DNA of 64,000 nucleotides from the NCBI GenBank assembly GCA_965113315.1, contig OZ220364.1; one strand, given 5' to 3'. The notes below the pieces were generated by a model. It searched no databases. It was not told where the DNA came from and saw only the letters and a list, made by a program, of their open reading frames with translations. Each line of letters opens with the position of its first letter. Within the stretch, counting starts at the first letter, position 1. This stretch comes from Podarcis vaucheri. Lineage: Eukaryota. This document shows positions 26,220 through 37,499 of the stretch, one piece after another. The translations under genes and the position numbers were made by a program.

Positions 26220-26225
26220 TTTATT
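26220..26225 (-). terminator. MYOCD: Probable distal MYOCD poly(A) signal (AATAAA on -)
   Basis: On - reads cactgtaAATAAAcacaatg, with TGTA upstream and a GU-rich segment downstream. Confidence 0.55.
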
Positions 26226-28753
26226 TACAGTGTGGTTTTTTAATATATATATATAGTTGACAGCATCCCTTTAAATAAGGATAAAAAGCCCTGTACCGCA
26301 TGGCAGTGTAGCACCTAAAACTAGTCTGTATTCAAGTGCTATTAAAAAGCCTCAATGGAATGACTTCTAACTTTTTGCATATTAAAATTAAGTAAAAGAA
26401 AACAAGCATGTGAAGGATTGTTCTATCCTACCAGTGCACTGTGTGAACATTTGTACAATAGAAAATTCATGCTTTAAATAGTGACCTTATAAAAAAACTT
26501 AACATTGTTTTATACAACATGCAGCAATATTAAAACCAGTTGTTCGTTCTTCCCCTACTTGACCTCAGAAGTTTAGTCACCCATATTGAGGTCTGCAGAG
26601 ACAGCTCTCCTGGTCCAGGCTGTTCTTCAGCCAAGAAGACACACGAGGGCTCGTGGTCCTTTTTGTACTGTCTTGATTTCCAACAACTCCTTCCAGTAAC
26701 ACAATATTAAATACACTCATTTGGTAAATAGTTTTGTAATTAGCTTTGGTTTGCAATACTTTTACACAGTTTCAGGAAATGGCCAGATCCGTCCAAAGCA
26801 GCCACAAACTGTTTCTTACACATGCCCTTCCATACTGTGCGACCTTTCTGAATTGCAGTGCACAGAGGTTTACAGAATAAAAACACTGATGAATTGGCCA
26901 ATACTGCAAAGTACCCAGCTAGCTAAGAAGAACAAGCTCCTCCTCTTTGGATGTGGATTCATAGCCGTTCTCTGGAAGACTTTGCATGGGCTTTTCACTC
27001 TGCTCCCTGCACTACAGGTGAGGCTGGGCAGGAAATCCAGAAAAAAGCAATGGCTAAGGCACGAAGATATTGTGGACTTGAGCATCCTGTGCGGTTAGTT
27101 CTGTGTCACAATACTGTAAATGGGAGCTTCTTTTCACAAGCCTTAGGCAATTAAAAGGTTGAATATGATGTCAATGAGATTGCTGCTTGTGTAGCGTAGA
27201 TCACAGACAGGTGTGTTGAAGGAAAGGATGTCTTGGAAGAGGTGCAGCACCATGTGAAGGAGGCAGTAGAGGTTTATTTTGTAAGGCGATTCTTCACATT
27301 GGTATTGTGTGCATTGCAAGGTATCTGTTTGGTTCAGTTGAGTGCTATTGTCTTGCTGTTCTGAGGCGCCATTCTGCTGTAGTAGAATGTGCTTTGTGAT
27401 GCTGCAGGCTTCCATGCTAGGTGTTTATGGCTGAATGCTTCACTCTTTTTGTGGGACATCAGCATGATGTCATCAAATTATCCTGTTTTTCCTTCTTTCT
27501 CTTCAGACCATTTTTAAAAGACAACAACAGCACGCTCCCCATAGCTGTAGATCACCATAGTACTATTCTGTCCTTTTTGTATGGATTTTATGTACACTCT
27601 GACATACTGGGCAGGTGAACCTGTTGCTAGTCATCTACTTCAGCACACTATCCCTATTAGTTTTTCCATTTGCACAATTTTGTAAGTATGGCTTTTCAAA
27701 GCATCTTTTTATTTGTGCTAGAACACTTTTGCCTATTTATTAGAATTGAAATAATCACACAATTGTACTTACATGAAAAACAATTTAACTCAAATTTTAA
27801 GAATTGAAATTGCTTTAAAAATTGTTGTTTTCTTACCATTATGTTAATTTTAAAAGTGCTGTCTTTTTTTTTAAAGAAGCCATAAAAGTAAACCATATAA
27901 TAGAACTTTTAAAAAGTGGTTTGTTGTAAATTAAAGAATTAATTTGGCTCGTTCAGAATGGTCCCTTTCCCACTTTCATGCCTATGTCATGTCTAGTGGT
28001 GCGGATTACACATAAAACAAGTACTATATCCTCAACTCTGAGTGTGGAAAGTTTTTCTGTGTGGAAAAGACTTTCTGGAGAGTAATGATTGTGCACAACT
28101 AAGAGTTGCCAAATTGGAAGTACCTATATAAGTACCTGCCCTCCCCTTTCAACATATGTCTCACCTCCTGCTTAAGCTGTATTAATTTATAGCACCAATA
28201 TAGTTCAAGCAAAGTTTCACTCAAGGGCCATAAACATCATAGCAGACTATTGTTTTAAAGGCTTATTCACCTGCTTAGCTAGTATTTTGCAGCATGATGC
28301 ACCTTTGACTACAGCTGCCATTTTCAGATTTGGTTGCAACAGGAAGCAGAAGTTATTTTGTTTTTTAAAAATAATAATAAATCCTGACATATAGGGACCG
28401 GTTTAGTTTAAATACGCTTTCCATCACTGTAGATACAGTAGTGTAATTTGTTTTAAACTACCACCTAGCTTTGAGCCAAGTAGGATACATATTAAGTGCT
28501 GTTTGGACTTTTGCTTCTACATTTCTTTTGTCAGTCTCATAACTAGACTCAAGATCTGGCCCCCAGCCCCTCTCACCAAAGTCAACTATCTGCTTCCTAT
28601 GCCCAACCACTCAGCATTTGGTCTACTGGCAAAAGTAAAACTGAGGGGAATGTAAAGGGTTTTGAACTTGCTAGAATGAAAGATAAGAAGGTATGTGCAA
28701 GGAAACAAATAGTAAGCTCACTGGGCATTAAGGAAATTACTAATAATCATTTA

Positions 28754-29004
28754 CAGTCATACCTCGGGTCGAATGCGCTTCGGGTTGAGTGCGTTCGAGT
28801 TGCGCTCCGTGGCAACCCAGAATTAACGGAGCGCGTTACTTCCGGGTTTCGCCGCTTGTGAATGTGCAAACGCTCAAAATAATGTCACGCGCAGAAGCGG
28901 CGAAAAGTGACACGTGTGTGCGACATGCCGTCGCTAGTTATGTTTGCTTCTAGATGCAAACGGGGCTCCGGAACGGATCCCGTTCATATCTAGAGGTACC
29001 ACTG
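28754..29004. mobile_element. Tigger/pogo-like MITE family B, inside the putative MYOCD 3'UTR
   Basis: TA|CAGTCATACCTC...GAGGTACCACTG|TA; CpG-rich. Confidence 0.85.
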
Positions 29005-30858
29005 TATAGGTAAATTATAACATTCAGTTGTTACTGTGGACATTCAGCGGTGTAGTGAGGATCTGTTGCTCAAGTGGATCTGAGTATAGTTTGGAATTGT
29101 GGCTGAGGGCTGGGCCCTCACTTTGTGGTATAAAGGGAGAACTACGGTTAAAATGAATGAAGGGTAGATATCTCAAAACATAGTGCTTTGCTCATAACCC
29201 AGACTTTGTTTTGTATATATAGCTGTGGAGTCATCACCTGGGTGAAGCCTACCCACATGTGAACAAAGGTACCCTACCAGGCAGGCAGCATTTGCATCTT
29301 TTTTTAATGAGGCAACATATTTGAGTGATACATTGCAATATTCTGGTCTGCCCTCAGGAAAGCGATGGTTAGGAGCATAATGAGTATCTGGTGCTTGGTA
29401 TGAAGCCTTTGGGCTGGGAAATGGTTGCTGCGTAGCTGGGCCTGCTGTGGTCCTGCCTTGTACCAGCTAGCCTGACCTTGCCCTAGATGAAAACCTGGCA
29501 GCCTCCTTTTTGGGGTCTGTCCTGTGCAGTAACAGGTGTGAGCATTCTAGCAGCAGCTTGATGGTCATGTATGATACTGCATACAGATCTGTTGTGACAT
29601 GTAGAGAAAACCCAGACTACGTTCTGTACCATCACTGATGGACTTAGATCTGGCAATATCTTAATTTAAAGACAGACAAAGGCCATAGGTTCAGGCTACA
29701 AGGGGCAGGTTGCCCAGTTTCTTCCACCGTGGAAGAAATCTTAGTCGTAGATTTGCAACCTTCACTTGTTAAACTTTGTCACTTTTTCAGATCAGTTCTG
29801 GGCAACATATTATTCAATATTATCAATTTATTCAAGACTGCCTGTTTATTAAACCGAATAAATTATTTGGTATATGAAGAGGCATGTGAGTCCTTCAAAG
29901 TGTTTTTGGAATTTGAAACAGAATTTAAACTGGTAATCCTTTCCATTTTTATAAGTTACGATTACTTTATTGCTTGTTGTAAATTTATTCATGACAATCT
30001 GATACACTCACAGATATTTATATATAAGAATATGGTTGGTTTTAATAGTGGGTGTTGAAATGCTATAGATTTATCTATATCAAATTATAGATGTGTTATA
30101 TTTTTAATTTAATTAAGAAATGAGCAAAGTACTTATGAAAGGAGGAATGTACCCTGAAATAGAAAATTGATAGAAGTCACCCCAAACTTCTAGTCAATTA
30201 AAAATCCTTCATTTATGTACTTGCTTTTTATATTACTCCATGTTCTTTCCAAGCTGAGTGCCCACCACATAAACAAGTCAGATTGCTTTACTTCTATTTC
30301 AAGTGCCTTTAAAATTGGTAAGACAGGGCAGAGAGAGAGGAGTGTTTAGTGAAAGGATGGCTTGGAGGTTACTGGTCTGACAATGGCTTCTTCGTGAGCT
30401 GACTTTTTTTTTAAGTCTTCATGTATATAATCAGGAGGAAAGGCAGTGGCTGCCATGCAGTGTGATGGACGCTGTAAGCGAACCAAATTTTTTTCCACAG
30501 TAGGCAATAAGAGACAATATAGCAGAACCTGATCCAGATGATAGATATGTTAGGGATGAAATGGATGTGCATACCAAACATAATTGTGCTGCAGAGTCTT
30601 TCTTGGAAGAGGTCTGGAAGCTACTAAAGTTAGCTGTGCTTGCTGAGGAGGAGACTCCTGCGCCAGAGATTTGCTTTGTGGTGTGTGGGAGATTATCTGG
30701 CAATTTCATTTGTAATATGGGAGGGGAATGTCCTGGGAAAACTGACTCCAGTTTCTTCTCCCTGGCTGTCACCAGAGCTCTCTGATAAAGTATCTGAGTC
30801 TCTTTAATGGAAATCTGTTTGTGTTTAGCTGCATCCCCACATATAAGGCTTATTCTGT

Positions 30859-31427
30859 TCACCACTGTTGTAAATGCAGGTCCATGGTACTGTTCAAGTT
30901 GAGATCACTAACATCTAAGAAATCAATGTTGAAGATGCTGGGCCCAGTGGTGGTGAGGGAACCGAAACCGTTGGCTGAGCTAGGCGGAGTGAGGTCCAGC
31001 CATTCCATTGTTTCCCAAGGAGACTCTGTGAAGCTCATGTGCAAACCAGTTCCTTCTCCAGAAGAGGGAGACAGCTGGGTCTCCATGGGCGACAGGGGAG
31101 TGGGCAGGATCTCGTGGGGTGTCAGCAGTTCATCGGCAGCTTTGTTGGAAAATCCTTCCATCACCCCTTCAAAGTGTGGTTCTTCACCCACTTTCAGTAG
31201 GGTGATTTCACTCGACCGCCCCAGAGGGCTGTGGGAATTTAACAAGATTTCCAGATGACTGTCGTTGCTGCTAGGGCAGTGTTCAAAGGACAGCTGACCT
31301 GAGGGGCCTTGCTCAAATGAAGCAGATGTCTTCAGTAGCGAGGAAGTGCCGGAGGTCCCCGAAGACACTGTTATCTGAGGCACCTTCTGAAGGCAAGGGC
31401 GGTCCTCTTTGGCATTTGCAGGCATTT
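30859..31427 (-). CDS. MYOCD: MYOCD last exon (EMPANAKEDR...SPWETMEWLDLT...MDLHLQQW*), transactivation domain
   Basis: CAG acceptor at 31428-31430, phase 1, TGA at 30859-30861; myocardin C-terminus. Confidence 0.97.
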
Positions 31428-31943
31428 CTGTTTGCAAACAAAAAAGGCTCATCAAGAGCAGATCTACAACATTACTATGCCGTGCACCCCAAGCCACCCT
31501 ACAACCTGAAATGTTATAAAACATCTTGCACATCCATGATTACTGCCTGTCAAGACGGCAGACTCCTTTGTCTACAGTATGAGATACCCAATGGAGCAAT
31601 TCGCTGTTGCTGTCAGAGAAGTGTGTCCTACTTTTCTTTTGGTTGGATATAGCTTTATGTGATGCTATGCTAGAGTAACTTGGCATACCAGGAATCTACT
31701 TTGTGGTTCGGTGAGCCTGTAAGGTGTAACTAGGAATGCCTGGGTGAGAAGAACAGAAAGATCGCAGAAGAGCCAACAGCAGATTGTGGTCAGGGAACAC
31801 AGTAGGTGCTCCATCCAAGGACCGCAGGAAGGAAATCAGTAGAAGAAGTTATCACTAAGTATGTGTGTGTTGGCAAGGACTTGTTAAGAGGGAAAAAGAT
31901 GAGCGGATGAGTATGGGACGTCCTACAGCAACTAGAATCTTAA

Positions 31944-32190
31944 TACTTCACCAAACCATTATTAGGCATTACAAGTATAAAACATCGATATATAAAATTA
32001 AAAATATATACAAATAAATAGACATGTAAACTATATAAAAATGGGATTTCTTTCCTTGTGATTTCTTCCCACTAAATAGTACCATTCACCACTCTAAGAG
32101 ATACTGTTGACCAAAACTCAGCCACCCTTGCAGTTACTTCCGGGTTAATGTCAGACAGATAGATTCCTGTATGCTTATATCAGATTCTGA
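31944..32190 (-). mobile_element. Short 3'-end copy of the LINE at 37500-38545
   Basis: Shares acttcaccaaacc.ttattaggcattacaagta...ctcagccacc.ttgcagttacttc...tgtcagacagataga. Confidence 0.8.
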
Positions 32191-32451
32191 TTGTTAAGAC
32201 CACACAATCTATTTTAGTGCAAGGGTGGCTAAACTGTGGCCCTCCAGATTTTGGGCTTCATCTCCCATCATCGCTGACTGGGGTTGATGTGAGTTGGGGT
32301 CCAGTGACAGTCTGAGGGCCACATCTGGTTTCTTAAAATAAGCCATCAAGAAAATGCACTTTGGGAGCGGCACTTTCTTTCATGGGCTATGACCATGGCT
32401 ACATTTAGCAGTAGGCATTGGACTCAAATTATGTCTTACTATGACTAGGGG

Positions 32452-32810
32452 GTAAGGATGCAGGTGGTGCAGGTGGGTTAAACCACAGAGCCTAGGACTT
32501 GCCAATCAGAAGGTCTGCAGTTCAAATCCCCTTGACAGGGTGAGCTCCCGTTGCTCGGTCCCTGCTCCTGCCAACCTAGCAGTTCGAAAGCACATCAAAG
32601 TGCAAGTAAATAAATGAGTACCGCTCCAGCTGGAAGGTAAACGGCGTTTCCGTGCGCTGCTCTGGTTCGCCAGAAGCAGTTTAGTCATGCCAGCCACATG
32701 ACCCGGAAGCTGTATGCCGGCTCCCTCGGCCAATAAAGTGAGATGAGCGCCGCAACCCCAGAATCGGCCATGACTGGACCGAATGGTCAGGGGTCCCTTT
32801 ACCTTTACCT
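32452..32810 (+). mobile_element. Near full-length Squam1/Sauria SINE with 12-bp TSD
   Basis: tRNA-like head, (ACCTTT)n tail; TSD tatgactagggg at 32440-32451 and 32811-32822. Confidence 0.92.
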
Positions 32811-32994
32811 TATGACTAGGGGAAATTCTCTGAAATTGCCATTTTGGGTACCACCCTTCAGTCAATGAAAAGCATTGGGGCTAGGGGTTAGTGCAGACAC
32901 AGCGATCACAGTGCACCCTCTTTGGGCAGCCAGAGACTTCGCTCATACTTGCTTTGACCAGAACCAACAGTCTTGCCTTAGGGATATCACCTAC

Positions 32995-33052
32995 CTCCAG
33001 TTTCAATAAGCACATCCAACAGTTCATCCATTTGCTGGCTTCGGGTCATCTG
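32995..33052 (-). CDS. MYOCD: MYOCD penultimate exon (QMTRSQQMDELLDVLIETG)
   Basis: 58 bp, cagCAG acceptor, GTAGGT donor. Confidence 0.96.
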
Positions 33053-33916
33053 CTGCAGCAAGAAAAAAGCAAGGGATGTTAGGAAGTTAGTACTGGAGCC
33101 ACGCACTACTATACTAGAAAAATCAGCTTTGATGGATAGAGAGAGATGCTTTCAAAAGAAAGCTGAAGCCTCATACATATAAGGATGATAGAATCTCCTT
33201 GACAGTCATGTTAAATAAACAATGATTCCTTAGTAACTAGTTGAAACAGGTCTCCTACAATACTTGAGCAGTTTTTTGTGCGTATAGTAGGCTGTTATGT
33301 TTTACAATTAATACCGTTATAGTTCATAAAAGCCTCAGAGAAGCAAGATCAATAGCCCTCCCAAAGTGGAATGAAAACTCCCTCCTTCACTCAGATGTTC
33401 AACCTGTAACTAATGTTACTTAGAATAAAATCCCACCACATTCATTGGTACTTACTTCCTAGTAAGTATGCTTACGTTGGCTCCTGTTAACCCACACAAA
33501 CTTTGTGTGACCCACTGCAATTACCTCTTTAGGGGCCATCCTGCAGTGCTCTTGTGTGTACTTTTTTGAACCAAGTGTTCAGCTGTAGCTTGCAAACTTA
33601 GTTCATTCAGAGATCATTCTGTTTCTTCTAAAAATTCAGATGGCCCTTCCAACAGAAGTCACCTCAATCACTTCAGCTGCTTATTCAATGTCTGAACAAA
33701 TAAGAGGTTGAATGAATTTGCATTTGCTTTTAATCCAATTGACTGTATATAACTCTTTCTACAACAATAAATTCAGTTTTCAAGGCTGTCGGTAGTCATC
33801 TGCTTTCACTCATAGGTCACACAACACTCTCAAATCTGCGATTGGCTTTGATGTACATAACAATCAAAGCAAGCTATCTACAGCCAAGGATAGCCTACCA
33901 AGCACCAGACTGTTAC

Positions 33917-34030
33917 CTGTTTCACAGCATCAGCGTAGGGTGGCGGCTGCTTTCCATCTGGGAGGGCAGCATTTGACTTGCAAAAGCCAGGAGACAGAAT
34001 GGAATACTTCTGACTACCTTGTGCTGGCAC
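33917..34030 (-). CDS. MYOCD: MYOCD exon (VPAQGSQKYSILSPGFCKSNAALPDGKQPPPYADAVKQ), PPxY-like motif
   Basis: 114 bp, phase 0-0, CAG acceptor and GTAAC donor; homologous to human ...QPPSYEDAVKQ. Confidence 0.9.
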
Positions 34031-34337
34031 CTGTGTGGAACCAAAATCAATCACAGGGATCAAGCCAAACTTGGGCCAAGTCTGCTATTCAGCAGTTGCC
34101 TCCATAAATTTACCTCTTGCACATGGGAACAAATCAACAGTCAATGAGGTGATCTCATTGCAAATCCAGTGGAAGCATGAGAAAAAGTCAAGGCTCCGGA
34201 AGCCCATCTCCCTTGCTGTAATAACAGTTTTGCCATTGATAATGGCACTTACAAAGTTCTGCAAAGGAGTTTTGAAATAATATTGAATTTCCTCACCCAC
34301 TAGTAGAAAACTGCAGTAAAGGCTGCCTGGTTTAGGG

Positions 34338-34588
34338 CAGGGGTGAGCCAACTTTTCCAGCAGGGGGCCGGTCCACTGTCCCTCAGACCTTGTGGGGGGC
34401 CGGACTATATTTTTTGGGGGGAGAATGAATGAATTTCTATGCCCCACAAATAACCCAGAGGTACATTTTAAATAAAAGCACACATTCTACTTATGTAAAA
34501 ACACACTGTTTCCTGGATCATCCGCGGGCCAGATTTAGAAAGCGATTGGGCCGGATGCAGCCCCCGGGCCTTAGTTTGCCTACCCATG
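34338..34588. mobile_element. Non-autonomous hAT (Charlie-like) element
   Basis: CAGGGGT...ACCCATG ends; degenerate 8-bp TSD (gtttaggg/gcttaggt); inverted copy at 59498. Confidence 0.8.
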
Positions 34589-35091
34589 GCTTAGGTGATA
34601 TACTTTCTTTTGAATGGGCAGGAGAGAGTTACAGGGACACCAAGGGTGGTAATTAAGCTGTATATGTGGAAGAGTGGGTAGTGTCCAGCTTCTTAATGAC
34701 TTCTGAAAAAGTTGAACCTACTCTGCTTATGTGTATGCCACCATCCTTGAAATGCCGTTCTGCAACTTGAATGCAAACCAACAGATGTATATTTTAATCA
34801 CTGGAAGATAGGCAATTAAACTCCTCCTTTCCTGTTTGGTATTTCATCAACTGAGAAGCAATAATAGCTACAGTAGGTAAACTGGGCCTGGACACATGGA
34901 ACACAGCCTGCCAGTTTTGAAACATTGCACTGCCCCCCAGTCTGATTCTGGGCACAGTTCAAAGTGCCTTTGAAGCTCCGAGCAGTTTGGAATCTGGATA
35001 GAATGGGAGCTGCTTTAACACCCTCCCTAACTCTGCACCCCCCAATAATAATAATAAAATTAATAATAATAATAACAAGTAGCTTTCTTAC

Positions 35092-36042
35092 TGGAGCTGT
35101 GCGAAGATGGCTGCTGGGCTGTGGAGAGCTGCTGCGTCCTTCTCCCTGAGTGCTGGGGGACACAGAGAGAAGGTAATGGCTGTTTGGTGAGGGTGGAAGG
35201 CTGATGTGTTGCGGACTCTTTGCTGCCTCTAGTGGAGAATGCTGGGGAGAGCACTGTGGGCTTAGGAATGTGGAGGACAGTATGCCGCTCTGTCCTGACG
35301 GTTCCATGCAATGGCTATTTACAAGATGGGGCAGCTGAGGTGTCCCACAGTTTCTCAGTGTGTCCGAGTTGCTAGCCTGGCCTTTCAAGGGAGCTTGCTT
35401 AGAGGCAAAGGGACAACTGGACGCTGGGTTTTCTTGCTTGATCGGAAAGCCGAAGAAGTGTGGAGAGGGCTGCTTCTCGTCCAAGCCGTGGCTCCTTTTG
35501 CGCTTCTGCAGCTGCATCCTCAACTCTTCCACTTGCCTCTGCTCTTGCTGCAGTTTCCAGGTCAGCTCATTGATGACCTTCTGCTTTTCCACCAGCATCT
35601 TGTCTTTCTCTGTGTCCACCCTTTCCACGTCGAGCTGGATGCCAGCGCCGTTCATGCTTCCCATCAGGCTTTCTTCACACCCGCCTTGCACAGGGGAAGG
35701 GTGCAGGACAAAATGGGGGGAAGACATTGGTCCTTCGTTGAAACTGTCTGGCAAGGAGCCATTCACCGATAGGTCTGAGGAAGCTGGGGAGATGGGGGGA
35801 GTAGAGCTGGTGCTGCCAAAGTGGTAAAAGCCATTGGACAGCAGGCTGGCCGAAGACTGCGACTGGTAGCTGGAGAGAGAGTTGGTTGGTGTCACTGGGA
35901 AGGTGACGGTGGTTATCTCATTGAAGCTGGGCACAGAACTCCCGTTGCACTCCTGGAAGGGCCGCAGGCGTTCCATCAAGGCCGTTTTCGTACCTGATAC
36001 AGGGAGGCCCCTTATTCGGAGCTGCTGCCTCAGCTCCGACAC
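35092..36042 (-). CDS. MYOCD: MYOCD exon 10 (VSELRQQLRIRGLPVSGTKTALMERL SAP domain; leucine zipper KQKVINELTWKLQQEQRQVEELRMQL)
   Basis: 951 bp, phase 0-0, CAG acceptor, GTAAG donor. Confidence 0.97.
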
Positions 36043-36361
36043 CTGGAATGAAAGCCGTTTAGTCAGTGGCAAGGCCGCTTTTCAGTTCAACTTTGTGGCA
36101 AAGTAGCAACCTGCTTACAGTGGACCCTGACCCAAATCTAAACCAGAGATTATTTGCACGGACAAAGAGTTGGGCTGGGTAAAGTTTGGGCTCCAAAATG
36201 GCTGCTATTAATTGGACTGGATACATCAGTTTGTCCCTGTGCTGCTTAGCACAACATTACTTGGACATCTCTAATTATTTCTATTGCCTTAGGTGCTATG
36301 CTGTCCAAATTAAAATTATGCAAGTTGTAATAAGCCTGGAGTGGGACTGAACGTGTGCACC

Positions 36362-36487
36362 CAGGGCTTATTTTTCAGCCGGAATTCAGTTCAGCACCTC
36401 TCAGGTGAGCTCCGTTGCCATTCTAAGAGAACAAGGGAGACATTCATTGTGAGTTCTGGCACCTCTTTTTCTAGAAAAATAGCATTG
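36362..36487. mobile_element. Short hAT-like MITE remnant
   Basis: Imperfect TIRs cagggcttatttttc / gaaaaatagcattg; no clear TSD. Confidence 0.45.
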
Positions 36488-37278
36488 CCTATAGAATTTG
36501 TGGCTGGTTTTAACCTGGGCTGCCCTTCTTACATTTTAGATATAGACAGAGCAGTGTTTCTTGAGAAACTTGGGGGAAAGAGAAGGCATGCTTTCCAGTC
36601 AACCACCATTACTCCTGAGGATACTCTCCTGTCCCTGCTTAGGAGCTGCAGCCCTTTGGGCACAGGCAAGTCCCCCAGATGAAGACTAGGCAGAACATCA
36701 GAGCTTGTTGAACTTCCCATTACTTTGCTTCCTGTGGATGGCCTATATTTTCAGCAACAGCTGCCTGAGCTTGTGCCTCTGGCACGTGCCTGTGTGTATA
36801 TAAGTGTTCGCTTAGGGAACTTGGTTTCAATTGATTTCTTAACGTATGTTATTTTTAATGCTTGAGGTTTTTTCTTGTTCCAGGGTTGCCTTTGTGTTAA
36901 TTTTGTTTTAATTTAGTGTGTTAGTAAAATAATGGTTTGCATTCTTAAACAACGAATATTATTGAAATAGAACTGGCTCTGCCATCTGTTTTTAAACAAG
37001 CTACAATGTCCGATTTTATTAGTTCTAAGTCAGCTTTGGCAAATAATAATTTGGTCTCTTCTCTACAGTCCACTGACCCTAGTTGGTCTGTTGATCTTAT
37101 GGTGGTGTTTGACTGCTTCAATTTATGTGATATTTGAATTTTGATTAATTTGGGATATTGACCGAAGTGCATGTGTTAACCATGTGTTTGCTGGAGGAAC
37201 ACACTGCCTCCACATGCAGTTTCATATACCACACAGAAGGTTTTACACTTTTCATCAACTTTTGCATTCAGTACTCAC

Positions 37279-37432
37279 TTTTAAATCATCCAGGTTGGAT
37301 GGGAGAGGACCTGGCTTGAGAGACGAAATGCAGGATTGCCCTGAAAAGCTTCCCTTCCCAGGGGAAAGAGGGCTGCTGGCAACTGTCGATGGGGAAGAGT
37401 TTGAGGTTTTGGCCATTTGCTCATTGGGTTGC
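37279..37432 (-). CDS. MYOCD: MYOCD exon 9 (QPNEQMAKTSNSS...KPGPLPSNLDDLK)
   Basis: 154 bp, CAG acceptor, GTGAGT donor. Confidence 0.96.
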
Positions 37433-37499
37433 CTGTAAAAAATAAAAGTGCAGAACATTTTCCCCCTTTTGTTTTCTTCTTCTTTTTAAATATCAGTAT

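Larger units (their letters stand above)
26200..30858 (-). other. MYOCD: MYOCD 3'UTR (long form about 4.6 kb; proximal AATAAA pair at 29827-29850)
   Basis: Lies downstream of the stop on -; the end is inferred from poly(A) signals only. Confidence 0.5.

Noticed and set aside
30431-30865. 144-aa ORF on - overlapping the MYOCD stop
   Set aside because: Different frame, no readthrough or frameshift signal, no recognisable homology; it is 3'UTR
34816-35091. Open frame continuing past MYOCD exon 10, including PCVQ as in human exon 10a
   Set aside because: Strong GTAAG donor at 35091, the frame runs through an (ATT)n tract, and no donor follows PCVQ; judged coincidental
35311-35827. Long + strand ORFs antisense to MYOCD exon 10 (similar ones at 30821-31258 and 38800-39042)
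   Set aside because: Antisense shadows of coding sequence
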